DNA of 64,000 bases from an uncultured Atribacterota bacterium (GCA_964462295.1 CAYWXH010000001.1:452-64451), one strand, 5' to 3'. Shown: positions 37,857 to 46,915, numbered from the stretch's first letter. Made by a program: numbers and translations. Notes: generated by a model not told the origin, from the sequence alone.

Positions 37857-37891
37857 CTGTCTCCACATGATAGACTATCATGTGGAGACAG
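37857..37891. promoter_or_regulatory. perfect 35-bp palindrome (17-1-17) immediately upstream of the copB RBS
   Basis: ctgtctccacatgatag-a-ctatcatgtggagacag; the two 17-nt arms are exact reverse complements. Followed by tttaaggagg and the copB ATG. Either an RNA hairpin between DUF302 and copB or a protein-binding dyad. Confidence 0.6.
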
Positions 37892-37906
37892 TTTAAGGAG
37901 GATTTT

Positions 37907-39997
37907 ATGAATAAAGAGATTAGAAGAGAAAAAGGCATGACCAATCACGAAGGGCATTTTCATCATCCAAAAGAGACAAAACATAAAGATGACAGGGGAC
38001 ACGAAGAGCACCATATGAGCCATGGTAATCACAAAGGACATGATCATCATAATCACCACAAGAAGATGGTAGAGGACTTTAAAAAGAGATTTTGGATATC
38101 TTTAGTGGTTACAATTCCTGTATTAGTACTTTCACCTCTTATTCAGAATGCCTTGGGAGTGAAAGATAAACTTTCTTTCCCCGGAGATATCTATGTACTA
38201 TTTGCCCTTTCTACTTTTGTATTTTTTTATGGTGGGTATCCATTTTTAAAAGGGCTTTTTGATGAATTAAAAAAGAAAAATCCAGGTATGATGACACTTA
38301 TAGGAGTGGCAATCATAACTGCCTATACATATAGTGCATTTGTGGTTTTTGGAATGAAGGGAAAAATCTTCTTTTGGGAACTTGTCACCCTTATAGATAT
38401 TATGCTTTTGGGGCATTGGATAGAGATGAAATCTGTAATGGGCGCATCCCAAGCATTAGAAGAGCTTGCAAAACTTATGCCACAAGCGGCACACAAGATT
38501 ATCTCCTCTGATAAGATAGAGGATGTCCCTCTTGATAGCCTTAAACTAGGGGATAAGGTGCTTGTGAGGCCAGGTGAAAAAATACCTGTAGATGGAATCA
38601 TAGTGAAAGGTGAGACCTCTGTAGATGAATCTATGCTAACAGGAGAGAGTAAACCTGTTTCGAAAAAAACCACTGATAAAGTGATAGGTGGTTCGATAAA
38701 TGGGGAAGGTGCTATTGTTGTACAGGTTACTAAAACAGGAAAGGATTCTTTTCTCTCCCAAGTTATAGAGCTTGTAAAAGAGGCTCAAAAGACCAAATCA
38801 AAAACGCAAGATCTCGCAGGAAAAGCAGCCTTTTGGCTTACTATAATTGCCTTATCAGGAGGAGCTATAACTTATTTTATATGGGCACTGATTGTGGGAA
38901 AAGATATAGCCTTTGCCCTTGAAAGGACTGTTACAGTTATGGTAATTACCTGTCCTCATGCCCTTGGTTTGGCGGTTCCATTAGTAGTTGCAGTATCTAC
39001 TGCTATATCTGCAAGAAATGGTCTTTTAATAAGGAATAGGATAGCTTTTGAGAGAGCAAAAGATATTCAAGCAGTTATTTTTGATAAGACTGGTACACTT
39101 ACAAAAGGGGAATTTGGTATTACTGATGTTGTACTGTTTAGTGAAGATATAACAAAAGAAGAGCTATTAAGTTATGCAGGATCGATAGAGACAAATTCGG
39201 AGCATCCTATAGCTAAAGGTATCACTAAGGCTTCTAAGAAGATTTTCTCTGTGGATAAGTTTAGGGCAATCCCTGGAAAGGGTGCAGAAGGTATAGTAAA
39301 TGGGAAACATGTAAAGGTTGTAAGTCCAGGATACCTAAAGGATAATGGGTATGAATTAAATAATAGAAAGATAGAAGATATATCTTCCCAGGGTAAAACT
39401 ATAGTATTTGTTATCATAGAAGAAGAGGTGAAGGGGGCTATAGCACTTTCTGATATAGTAAAGCCAGAATCTAAAGAGGCTATAAGTATGCTTAAAAAAA
39501 TGGGTATTAAATCTATAATGCTTACAGGTGATAATGAAAAAGTTGCAAAATGGGTTGCTGAGGAAGTTGGAATATCCGAGTATTTCTTTGAGATCTTGCC
39601 TGGAGAGAAGGCCAAAAAGGTAAAAGAGATTCAATCTCGTGGACTTACTGTTGCAATGACTGGAGATGGTATAAATGATGCACCGGCACTTACTCAGGCC
39701 GATGTAGGAATTGCTATTGGTGCAGGTACTGAAATAGCAATTCAATCTGCCGATATTGTTCTTATAAAGAGTGATCCACGAGATGTGATTACCCTTATAA
39801 AATTAGCTAAATCCACTTATCGGAAGATGGTTCAAAATTTAGCATGGGCAACAGGATATAATGTAATTGCTATACCTTTGGCAGCAGGTGTACTTTATCA
39901 GTATGGAGTCTTATTAAGCCCTGCAGCAGGTGCATTTTTGATGTCCCTAAGTACTGTAGTTGTAGCTATAAATGCTAAATTTTTACACCTTGATTAA
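37907..39997 (+). CDS. copB: copper-translocating P1B-type ATPase, CopB-like (CPH motif, His-rich N-terminal extension)
   Basis: His-rich N-terminus ([38 protein letters not shown]); TM6 [13 protein letters not shown] (CPH, not CPC); DKTGTLT phosphorylation site; TGES; [10 protein letters not shown]. The ATG at 37907 has GGAGG 6 nt upstream; the track ORF at 37880 begins inside the palindrome. Confidence 0.85.
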   Translation: MNKEIRREKGMTNHEGHFHHPKETKHKDDRGHEEHHMSHGNHKGHDHHNHHKKMVEDFKKRFWISLVVTIPVLVLSPLIQNALGVKDKLSFPGDIYVLFALSTFVFFYGGYPFLKGLFDELKKKNPGMMTLIGVAIITAYTYSAFVVFGMKGKIFFWELVTLIDIMLLGHWIEMKSVMGASQALEELAKLMPQAAHKIISSDKIEDVPLDSLKLGDKVLVRPGEKIPVDGIIVKGETSVDESMLTGESKPVSKKTTDKVIGGSINGEGAIVVQVTKTGKDSFLSQVIELVKEAQKTKSKTQDLAGKAAFWLTIIALSGGAITYFIWALIVGKDIAFALERTVTVMVITCPHALGLAVPLVVAVSTAISARNGLLIRNRIAFERAKDIQAVIFDKTGTLTKGEFGITDVVLFSEDITKEELLSYAGSIETNSEHPIAKGITKASKKIFSVDKFRAIPGKGAEGIVNGKHVKVVSPGYLKDNGYELNNRKIEDISSQGKTIVFVIIEEEVKGAIALSDIVKPESKEAISMLKKMGIKSIMLTGDNEKVAKWVAEEVGISEYFFEILPGEKAKKVKEIQSRGLTVAMTGDGINDAPALTQADVGIAIGAGTEIAIQSADIVLIKSDPRDVITLIKLAKSTYRKMVQNLAWATGYNVIAIPLAAGVLYQYGVLLSPAAGAFLMSLSTVVVAINAKFLHLD

Positions 39998-40023
39998 TCT
40001 TGTATAATAATATAAAACAGGGG

Positions 40024-40051
40024 TTGAAAAAATATTTATCTATGATATAAT
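40024..40051 (+). promoter_or_regulatory. near-consensus sigma-70 promoter (TTGAAA-16-TATAAT) for the small ORF and possibly the riboswitch transcript
   Basis: ttgaaa at 40024-40029 and tataat at 40046-40051, followed by the RBS aagggggg and ATG at 40076. Confidence 0.5.
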
Positions 40052-40075
40052 ATCTTTAGAAAGGGGGGATGTGAC

Positions 40076-40270
40076 ATGAATGGAGTGGGAAATGTCACCC
40101 TCAATGCCAGATCTATCGATATGATGAACAATCTGCTGAAAAATGTAACAGAAAAGAATATGGATTTCATGAACAAGATGTTGAAGTACAACACAGAGCA
40201 AAAGGTGCAGGATAACAAAAATTCTCTAAAGGAGTTTGGTATAGGTACTATCTTGGATATGTACGGATAA
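40076..40270 (+). CDS. small protein of unknown function (64 aa)
   Basis: Strong RBS gaaagggggg 7 nt upstream of ATG, good promoter, soluble N/K/M-rich sequence. No recognisable family. Confidence 0.4.
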   Translation: MNGVGNVTLNARSIDMMNNLLKNVTEKNMDFMNKMLKYNTEQKVQDNKNSLKEFGIGTILDMYG

Positions 40271-40295
40271 GGTAGATTTGGTATCAAAAAATTGA

Positions 40296-40470
40296 ATATC
40301 TTTTGGGGTGTAAGGGAAACCGGTGAGAATCCGGTGCGGTCCCGCCACTGTAACCTGAGTTGAAGCTCTCTGGCGCCACTGGGGAAACCTGGGAAGGAGG
40401 AGAGTGGATCAGGAAGCCAGGAGACCTACCTCAAAAGAGCAGATTTACTTCCTTCGCGGGTTAGGGAAGT
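40296..40470 (+). ncRNA. cobalamin (adenosylcobalamin) riboswitch aptamer
   Basis: GC-rich island in AT-rich DNA: aagggaaaccggtgagaatccggtgcggtcccgccactgtaa...ggcgccactggggaaacctgggaaggagg. It contains the conserved cobalamin-riboswitch core (GGGAA...GGTG..AA..CC...GCCACTG...GGGAAGG, the B12 box) and sits upstream of btuFCD. Confidence 0.85.
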
Positions 40471-40471
40471 A

Positions 40472-40510
40472 ATAAAAAAGGAGCCTGCGAGGCTCCTTTT
40501 TTATTTATAA
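40472..40510 (+). terminator. intrinsic terminator forming the riboswitch expression platform
   Basis: aaaaaaggagcc-tgcga-ggctcc-tttttttatttat: a GC stem followed by a U-tract, 30 nt before the btuF RBS. Confidence 0.75.
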
Positions 40511-40540
40511 ATAAAATTAATTTAAATAAAGGAGGAAAGT

Positions 40541-41440
40541 ATGAAAACTTTCAAATCTATTTTTATTTTTGTATTTATTTTTCTATTTTTACTGTCTTCT
40601 TTCGCTTTTTCTTATCCTATCACTATAACTGATGCTACAGGGACCTCTATTGCCATCAACAAAGAACCCTTACGTATTGTCTCATGCGCACCCTCTAATA
40701 CAGAGATAATATTTGCATTAGGAAAGGGGGATAGGTTAGTAGGTGTTACGAATTATGCAGATTATCCAGAAGAGGCGAAAAAGATTGAAAAAATAGGAAA
40801 AATGGTTCCACTTAATGCAGAAAAAATTATATCCCTTAAACCTGATATAGTATTTTGCTATGGAGGGTTTCAGTTAAAAGAGGCACTTAGAATAAGAGAA
40901 CTTGGCCTTAAAGTTGTAGTACTTGCTCCAAAGACAGTAAAAGATACATTGGAAACTGTAATGTTAATGGGCAAGATTCTAAATGCTCAAGAGAAGGCAA
41001 GCGAAATTGTAAATAGTTTTAAGGATAGACTTGCTAAGATAGAGGCCAAAGTCAAAAATATACCCTTAAATAAGCGACCAAAGGTTTTTATAGGAAGTAT
41101 GTATGAACCTATATATTCACCTGGAAAAGGAACACTTTTAGATGAGCTTATAACCCTTGCAGGGGGAAAGAATATTGTAAGTGCAAACGGATGGCTAAAA
41201 ATTAGTCCTGAATTTGTGATAAAGGCAAATCCTGATATAGTAGTTATACCCATTGGTGTAATGAGTATGACGAATTTAGAAGATGCAAAGAAAAAGCTTT
41301 CAGAAAAAGAGGTATATAAAAATATAAGAGCTACAAAAGAGGGAAAGATTTATTTTATAGATGAGAATTTAGTATTTAGACCAGGACCAAGGCTGATAGA
41401 GGGAATAGAAAAACTCTATACTTTTTTCTATGAAAAGTAG
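40541..41440 (+). CDS. btuF: ABC transporter periplasmic substrate-binding protein, BtuF/FecB class (cobalamin-binding)
   Basis: Signal peptide; LRIVSCAPSNTEIIFALGKGDRLVGVT (Peripla_BP_2 fold); sits under the B12 riboswitch. Confidence 0.8.
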   Translation: MKTFKSIFIFVFIFLFLLSSFAFSYPITITDATGTSIAINKEPLRIVSCAPSNTEIIFALGKGDRLVGVTNYADYPEEAKKIEKIGKMVPLNAEKIISLKPDIVFCYGGFQLKEALRIRELGLKVVVLAPKTVKDTLETVMLMGKILNAQEKASEIVNSFKDRLAKIEAKVKNIPLNKRPKVFIGSMYEPIYSPGKGTLLDELITLAGGKNIVSANGWLKISPEFVIKANPDIVVIPIGVMSMTNLEDAKKKLSEKEVYKNIRATKEGKIYFIDENLVFRPGPRLIEGIEKLYTFFYEK

Positions 41441-42443
41441 TTTATTTAATAAAAAAATAATAATTTTAATAGTACTTACATTACTTCTTTTATTATTAAT
41501 GATTTTTTCTGTAACTATAGGTAGTGTAAAGATTTCACTTACTACTATAATCTCTATGTTTAAAGGAGGGCATGTTGATAGCGCTTCGAGAGTTATTATA
41601 CTTAGGCTAAGATTACCAAGAATAGTGATGGCTGTTATCACTGGAGGGACACTCTCTATTGTTGGCGTGTCCCTCCAGGCCCTATTCAGAAATCCCTTGG
41701 CAGATCCATATATTATAGGTATCTCTTCTGGTGCTGCATTAGGTGCCACCTCTACATTTTTTCTCCAGAGGATAGTAGGAAAATTCTTTGTATTTTATCT
41801 ACCCCTTTTTTCTTTTTTTGGGGCTTTAGTTACAATGCTTTTGGTTTATAGACTCTCTCTTCTAGGAAGACGGGTGATAATAGAGAATCTTTTATTATCA
41901 GGGGTTATTGTAGGATTTATAGCAAGTGCCTTAATAACACTTATTATTGCTTTTGCGGGAAGAGAAGTGCATGATATACTTTTTTGGCTTATGGGAGACC
42001 TCTCTCATGTGAAGTGGGAAAATATTTGGTTTATACTTGGTCCTATAATTATTGCAATTTATCTTTTGTTGCATTTTTCTGTAGAGTTAAATGCTATCTC
42101 TTTAGGAGAAGAGGTAGCATTTAATCTTGGTATAGACCCAGAGAGGCTTAAAAAGATTATATTTTTTATAACCTCTTTTTTAATAGGCTTGATAGTATCT
42201 TTTTCTGGAATTATAGGTTTTGTAGGTTTAGTTATTCCCCATATAATAAGGCTTTTAGTTGGGGCTGACCATAAGATAGTTATGCCTGCATCTATTTTAG
42301 GTGGGAGTATATTTTTGTTGTTGTGTGATGATATTGCAAGGACGGTTGTTGCACCAAGTGAACTTCCTATAGGGGTTATAACCTCTCTTATAGGTGCACC
42401 ACTTTTTATATACCTATTAAAGAAAGTAGGCTACAATGGATAA
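41430..42443 (+). CDS. btuC: FecCD-family ABC permease (BtuC-like)
   Basis: 337 aa, about 9-10 TM; LRLPRIVMAVITGGTLSIVGVSLQALFRNPLADPYIIGISSGAALGA is the FecCD signature region. Confidence 0.85.
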   Translation: MKSSLFNKKIIILIVLTLLLLLLMIFSVTIGSVKISLTTIISMFKGGHVDSASRVIILRLRLPRIVMAVITGGTLSIVGVSLQALFRNPLADPYIIGISSGAALGATSTFFLQRIVGKFFVFYLPLFSFFGALVTMLLVYRLSLLGRRVIIENLLLSGVIVGFIASALITLIIAFAGREVHDILFWLMGDLSHVKWENIWFILGPIIIAIYLLLHFSVELNAISLGEEVAFNLGIDPERLKKIIFFITSFLIGLIVSFSGIIGFVGLVIPHIIRLLVGADHKIVMPASILGGSIFLLLCDDIARTVVAPSELPIGVITSLIGAPLFIYLLKKVGYNG

Positions 42444-43209
42444 TATATTAAGGATAAATAACCTATCATTTTATTATCAGGAAAATGGATTTTCTATGGA
42501 AAAAGTAACCTTTTCCATAGAAGAAGGAGAGATTTTTGGTATTATAGGCCCTAATGGTTCTGGAAAAACGACACTTTTGCGACTCATCACAGGGTATCTA
42601 ACTCCTTCTAAGGGCTCAATATTTCTTTATGGAAATGACCTAAGAAGAATTGATATGAAAAAAAGGGCTAAGACTATCTCAGTTGTCCCACAGAATATTA
42701 CGACTTTTTTTAATTTTAAAGTAAAAGAGATAGTGGCACTGGGAAGGATGCCATACAGGCGAGAGACTACATTTTTGGAAGATGAGAAAATAGTAAGAGA
42801 TGCTATGGAAAAAGCTCATATTCTACACCTTTCGGATAGGAAATTTTTTTCGCTAAGTGGAGGAGAAAGGCAAAGGGTTCTAATTGCAAAATCTTTTGCC
42901 CAGAAACCAAAGATTCTTTTACTCGATGAGTTTACGAGTCATCTCGATATATATCATCAAAAACGCATAATAGATATTTTACTTAGAGAAAAAAGGAAAA
43001 ATTCTCTCACTATCCTTGCTACATTTCACGATATCAATCTTGCAAGTATTTTATCAGATAAAATACTAATTATGAAAGATGGGAAGATTTTATCCTACGG
43101 AAAGCCAAGTGATATAATAAATAAAGATATTATAAAGGAGACTTATTCTATTGATCCTATAATTGGGCCACATCCTAAATACGATGTCCCTCAAATATTC
43201 TATCCTTAG
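42436..43209 (+). CDS. btuD: ABC transporter ATP-binding protein (BtuD-like)
   Basis: Walker A GPNGSGKTT, signature LSGGERQRVLIAKS, Walker B LLLDEFTSHLD. Confidence 0.85.
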   Translation: MDNILRINNLSFYYQENGFSMEKVTFSIEEGEIFGIIGPNGSGKTTLLRLITGYLTPSKGSIFLYGNDLRRIDMKKRAKTISVVPQNITTFFNFKVKEIVALGRMPYRRETTFLEDEKIVRDAMEKAHILHLSDRKFFSLSGGERQRVLIAKSFAQKPKILLLDEFTSHLDIYHQKRIIDILLREKRKNSLTILATFHDINLASILSDKILIMKDGKILSYGKPSDIINKDIIKETYSIDPIIGPHPKYDVPQIFYP

Positions 43210-43213
43210 CTTT

Positions 43214-43693
43214 TTATTCTGTTACTTTTAGTTTTTCTATAAATCTTCTCCTTCTTTCCTCGTAATCTATAAGCCTTCTTTCATATTCTTCTTCCATAAG
43301 TGGAGAGGATATCAAAAAGTCTGCTGTGGCCCTGTTGCAGGCAAATGGGATATTCCACACTGTAGCAAGTCTTATGAGGGCCCTTACATCAGGGTCATGA
43401 GGCATAGGCTCTAAGGGGTCACAAAAGAATATGAGAAAATCAATTTTTCCATCTGCTATCATAGCTCCTACCTGCTGATCTCCTCCTAATGGTCCACTCT
43501 TTAATCTTGTAATATTGAGTCCTAACTCCTCAGTGAGTATGTGTCCCGTAGTTCCTGTAGCATATAGATTATGTTTAGAAAGGGTGCCTTTATTAAATCT
43601 TGCCCATTCTAATAAATCTTCTTTCCTGTTATCATGTGCAATGAGTGCAATATTTTTTACCTTATTCATTTTTATTGTTTTGTATATGTCCAT
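43214..43693 (-). CDS. mgsA: methylglyoxal synthase
   Basis: [17 protein letters not shown]...ATGTTG...[11 protein letters not shown]...[12 protein letters not shown] are MgsA hallmarks. RBS GGAGGTG 7 nt upstream on the minus strand; convergent with btuD across a 4-bp gap. Confidence 0.9.
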   Translation of the reverse strand: MDIYKTIKMNKVKNIALIAHDNRKEDLLEWARFNKGTLSKHNLYATGTTGHILTEELGLNITRLKSGPLGGDQQVGAMIADGKIDFLIFFCDPLEPMPHDPDVRALIRLATVWNIPFACNRATADFLISSPLMEEEYERRLIDYEERRRRFIEKLKVTE

Positions 43694-43741
43694 CTTACAC
43701 CACCTCCATTGTTTTTTGAGTATATACTAATTTAAATTAAG

Positions 43742-43768
43742 TATAGTCAGGCAGGAAGCCTGACTATA
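43742..43768 (-). terminator. hairpin terminator after the EF-hand protein gene
   Basis: tatagtcaggc-aggaa-gcctgactata (perfect 11-bp stem), 3 nt after the stop. The U-tract on the minus strand is modest (cuuaauuuaaauu). Confidence 0.5.
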
Positions 43769-43770
43769 GG

Positions 43771-44913
43771 CTATATAAAAGATAGGTCAAAATCACCTAT
43801 TTGCCCCTTTTCGCCATTTTCCCTTTGATAGTAAGATAGAGATGTGAGTGCCGAATTTTTTAGAAAAAGATGAAATTTTAAATAATTTAGATTTATAGAT
43901 TCAATACCTGCCTTATATAATGGTGTAAGTTCTCCTTTTTCTGATTTTCCGTCTCTGTTTAGGTCTCTAAAAAGTAGGAGTTTTTTAAACATGGGGTCCT
44001 TTAGATTCAAAATGCCATTTTTGTCCCAATCAAGTTTGGAAAGTTCTAAAAATCCGTTTAGCGCACCATTTTGGTCTCCAAAAAGTTCTTTTCCACTGTC
44101 TATTTTACCATTCAGATTCCTATCTAATGCCAAAAATGCATCATCACCTGTTATCCAACTTGTAAGTTCCTTTTTTCCATCTCCATTTATATCAAACATT
44201 ACACCATCTTTTAGGGGCAAGAGGTCAAACCCATCCCCATCTAAATCTACGATGAGAGGATCTGCCTTATGTGCCGTATGTGTTACCTGTATGTCTATTG
44301 CCATTCTTAGTTTCATGCTCCTCATAGTAGATGTTGTAACTATTTTTTCATTCTCTTTTGATACAGTTTTTTCTTTTTGCATAATTTCTAACTTTAAATC
44401 AATTTTTATATGGGTTCTCTCTGCAATGCTTTGTAGGTCTTTCGCATTTGCCTTCTGTATTTTGTCTGCAATATTTTTTATACTATTTTCTATATGATTC
44501 ATGGCCTTTAGATGATTGTTTTTGACCTTCAGTGCCTTTTCCATTTTTGTTGCAAGTTTCTCTGCTGCTTCAGGATTGTTTTCCTCTAAAAATTCCATAA
44601 GTATGAGATATTTTTTTGCAAGTTCTGGGTCATCTTTGTAGAGTTCATCGATTTGTTCAGATACCTTTTTTGCAAGATCTGGATTTAAGGTAGCCCATTT
44701 TAGGGTTTTTAATGATTCATACCCTCCCTTTTGTAGTTTTGTTTGTGAAAGACTGAAACTGGTATAGTCAAGGTTTAGAGAAAGATTATACTTACTTGTT
44801 TTCTGATAGGCGCTACTTTTGCCATTTTGAATAAATTTTTCTTTGGCAAATAGTTTCTCAGAGGCAGATAGGTGAAAAGAGGTAAAATCTAAACTATCCT
44901 TTACAATCTCCAT
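43771..44913 (-). CDS. multi-EF-hand calcium-binding protein with N-terminal helical/repeat region
   Basis: C-terminal half has at least 5 EF-hand-type loops (DLDGDGFDLLPL, DINGDGKKELTS, DRNLNGKIDSGKE, DWDKNGILNLKD, DLNRDGKSEKGE, i.e. DxNxDGxIxxxE). N-terminal internal repeat (DFTSFHLSASEKL / DYTSFSLSQTKL) and a K/E-rich helical segment; no signal peptide. Confidence 0.6.
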   Translation of the reverse strand: MEIVKDSLDFTSFHLSASEKLFAKEKFIQNGKSSAYQKTSKYNLSLNLDYTSFSLSQTKLQKGGYESLKTLKWATLNPDLAKKVSEQIDELYKDDPELAKKYLILMEFLEENNPEAAEKLATKMEKALKVKNNHLKAMNHIENSIKNIADKIQKANAKDLQSIAERTHIKIDLKLEIMQKEKTVSKENEKIVTTSTMRSMKLRMAIDIQVTHTAHKADPLIVDLDGDGFDLLPLKDGVMFDINGDGKKELTSWITGDDAFLALDRNLNGKIDSGKELFGDQNGALNGFLELSKLDWDKNGILNLKDPMFKKLLLFRDLNRDGKSEKGELTPLYKAGIESINLNYLKFHLFLKNSALTSLSYYQRENGEKGQIGDFDLSFI

Positions 44914-45028
44914 CTTTTATCCCTCCTTGGAATCTTATCTACCGTCCATGGTAGATTCTTCTGTTATTTTTATCGGAACTTTTTTTGGTAAATTTTATTA
45001 TTTTTTGTCTAATGATAAGGAATGATTT

Positions 45029-46915
45029 TTAAGGTTTTTTAAAATAGATATATAATAAGTAGATGGATATGATTCCTAGGGTTAAAATATTTAAATAGAA
45101 GGCTTTTATAAGGAGTAGAACCCCCACTATAAGTAAAACTATTCTTTGCCATAAAGTGAGAGTAGATTTTAAATATCCCATACCTGCTGCACTTATTACC
45201 GTTATAGCAATGATAGCTCTAATAAGTGAATATATTATATTTAAGGGGCTGGAAAGTAAAAGAAGAGAATTATCATATACGAATAAGTATGGAATTATAA
45301 AGGCCGAAAAACCTAAAAGTAGTGCAAATTTTGCTGTTTTTACCCAATTTGCATCTGCTATTCCTGCTGCTATATATACAGCACCACATACAGGAGGAGT
45401 AATGGCAGATATTATAGCAAAATAGAATACAAAAAGATGTGCTGCAAGAGGATGTATGCCTAACTTTATAAGGGCTGGTCCACCTATTACTACAGCTACC
45501 AAATATGCGGCAGTTGTTGGGACCTCCATCCCTAATATAAGAGATGTAATCATAGTAAGTAAGAGTGCCAAAAATAGGTTATCCTTGCTAAAATCGAGAA
45601 TAAAACTTGAAAGCTTTACACCAAGGCCTGTCTGATTTATTATACCTATAATGATTTGGGCACATGCAGTGATACTCCCTATGATTGCCGCCTGTCTTGC
45701 ACCACTTACTACTCCTTTGTATAATTTTTGCCAAATAGATTTTAGATCTATATTCCATGATGTAGAAAGGGGAAACATGAAAAGTGTTACAACCACAGTC
45801 CAAAAAGCGGCATATTGTGGTGTATAACCCTTTATCAACAGTACTATAAGAGTTATTAGCGGTACTATAAAAAATAAAGATGATTTTATTGTATCAAGGG
45901 TAGATGGAATCTCTTCTGGGGGAAGTCCTGATTTTCCCTCTTTTAGAGAATAAAAATGTATGCCAACACCTACTGAGTAAAAATATAGTAAAGCGGGAAT
46001 AGTTGCAGAAAGTGCGATCTTTAGGTATGGTATTTGGATGAGCTCTGCCATGATAAAGGCCCCTGCGCCCATAATGGGAGGCATGATTTGACCTCCTGAT
46101 GATGCAGTTGCCTCTACTGCCCCTGCAAACGCTTTATCATATCCGATTTTTTTCATCATAGGGATAGTAAAAACTCCTGTGGATGCTACATTGGCAGATG
46201 CACTCCCTGATATACTTCCAAAAAGTGCACTTGATATTACTGCTACTTTGGCGGGTCCTCCTATAAATCTTCCCGCTATTTTAAGTGAAAATTTTATAAA
46301 ACCCTCTCCACCTCCGCTTACCACAAGCATTGCTCCAAGTATCACAAAAATTGCTATAATATTTACAGAAATCCCTACGATTATCCCCCAAATTCCGTTT
46401 GTTGTAAGGTATAGCATTCCTAATATAGAGGTAGGTTCAAATTTTACATGTCCAAAATAACCAGGCAAAAGGTGTCCGAGGAAGGCATAGAGCAAAAAAA
46501 GTGTTGCTATAATGGGTAAGGCTGGTTTTACGGAACGTCTTGCTCCTTCAAGTATCATTATTATCATTATAATTGCAAGAATTTCTTGGATCTTTCCTTC
46601 CATTATTCCATATTGATAGGTGATCTTCTCATAAAAAAGTGTAATATAGATTGCAGAGGAAAAGCTTAATACAGATAGAATGATATCCCTTATAAGTTCA
46701 TTTTTTGTCTTTTTTGGGGGAAAGTATAAGAATATGAGAGGTAAACTTAGGGCAATATGAATACTTCTTTGAATAATATTAGGGATAAGTCCTGAAAATA
46801 CAAGGTATAAATGGAAAAAGACAAATATAAATGATAGTACATCTCTTATTATAGGTAGATAGTCTTTTTTGGGTTTTTTCATATATCTCCTTGCATTATA
46901 AGTAAGGACGGGCAT
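45029..46915 (-). CDS. TRAP transporter fused permease (TAXI-type, 4TM/12TM fusion)
   Basis: 628-aa polytopic protein with DctM-like repeats; immediately downstream of a TAXI solute receptor gene. Confidence 0.75.
   Translation of the reverse strand: MPVLTYNARRYMKKPKKDYLPIIRDVLSFIFVFFHLYLVFSGLIPNIIQRSIHIALSLPLIFLYFPPKKTKNELIRDIILSVLSFSSAIYITLFYEKITYQYGIMEGKIQEILAIIMIIMILEGARRSVKPALPIIATLFLLYAFLGHLLPGYFGHVKFEPTSILGMLYLTTNGIWGIIVGISVNIIAIFVILGAMLVVSGGGEGFIKFSLKIAGRFIGGPAKVAVISSALFGSISGSASANVASTGVFTIPMMKKIGYDKAFAGAVEATASSGGQIMPPIMGAGAFIMAELIQIPYLKIALSATIPALLYFYSVGVGIHFYSLKEGKSGLPPEEIPSTLDTIKSSLFFIVPLITLIVLLIKGYTPQYAAFWTVVVTLFMFPLSTSWNIDLKSIWQKLYKGVVSGARQAAIIGSITACAQIIIGIINQTGLGVKLSSFILDFSKDNLFLALLLTMITSLILGMEVPTTAAYLVAVVIGGPALIKLGIHPLAAHLFVFYFAIISAITPPVCGAVYIAAGIADANWVKTAKFALLLGFSAFIIPYLFVYDNSLLLLSSPLNIIYSLIRAIIAITVISAAGMGYLKSTLTLWQRIVLLIVGVLLLIKAFYLNILTLGIISIYLLYIYFKKP

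Noticed and set aside
37880-37906. Upstream ATG giving a longer CopB ([13 protein letters not shown]...), as in the ORF track.
   Set aside because: That ATG lies inside the 35-bp palindrome and has no SD, whereas the ATG at 37907 has GGAGG at ideal spacing. The same reasoning trimmed the track's upstream extensions of ftsE (13736), ctpA (16473), ffh (51269), trmD (53606) and the 57935 DeoR start.
38267-39745. Numerous antisense or alternative-frame ORFs of 60-170 aa inside copB, such as 38323-38673, 39172-39615 and 39356-39745.
   Set aside because: They lie entirely within a strongly supported gene on the other strand or frame, have low-complexity S/I/F-rich translations and no RBS, so they are shadow ORFs. 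The same applies to 43991-44497 inside the EF-hand gene, 12426-12764 inside tctA, 14002-14310 inside ftsE, 22267-22660 inside hisD, and others.
40296-40470. GC-rich block initially considered as a possible tRNA or other structured RNA gene.
   Set aside because: No cloverleaf can be drawn. It carries the cobalamin-riboswitch core (B12 box gccactg, gggaagg), so it is annotated as a riboswitch instead.
43210-43213. Convergent gene pairs with 4-bp gaps or overlaps and no terminator (btuD/mgsA; also birA/HpcH at 28887-28897 and DeoR/MazG at 36140-36154), considered as possible antisense-regulation sites.
   Set aside because: Tight packing is common in compact thermophile genomes, and nothing in the sequence indicates function beyond that.
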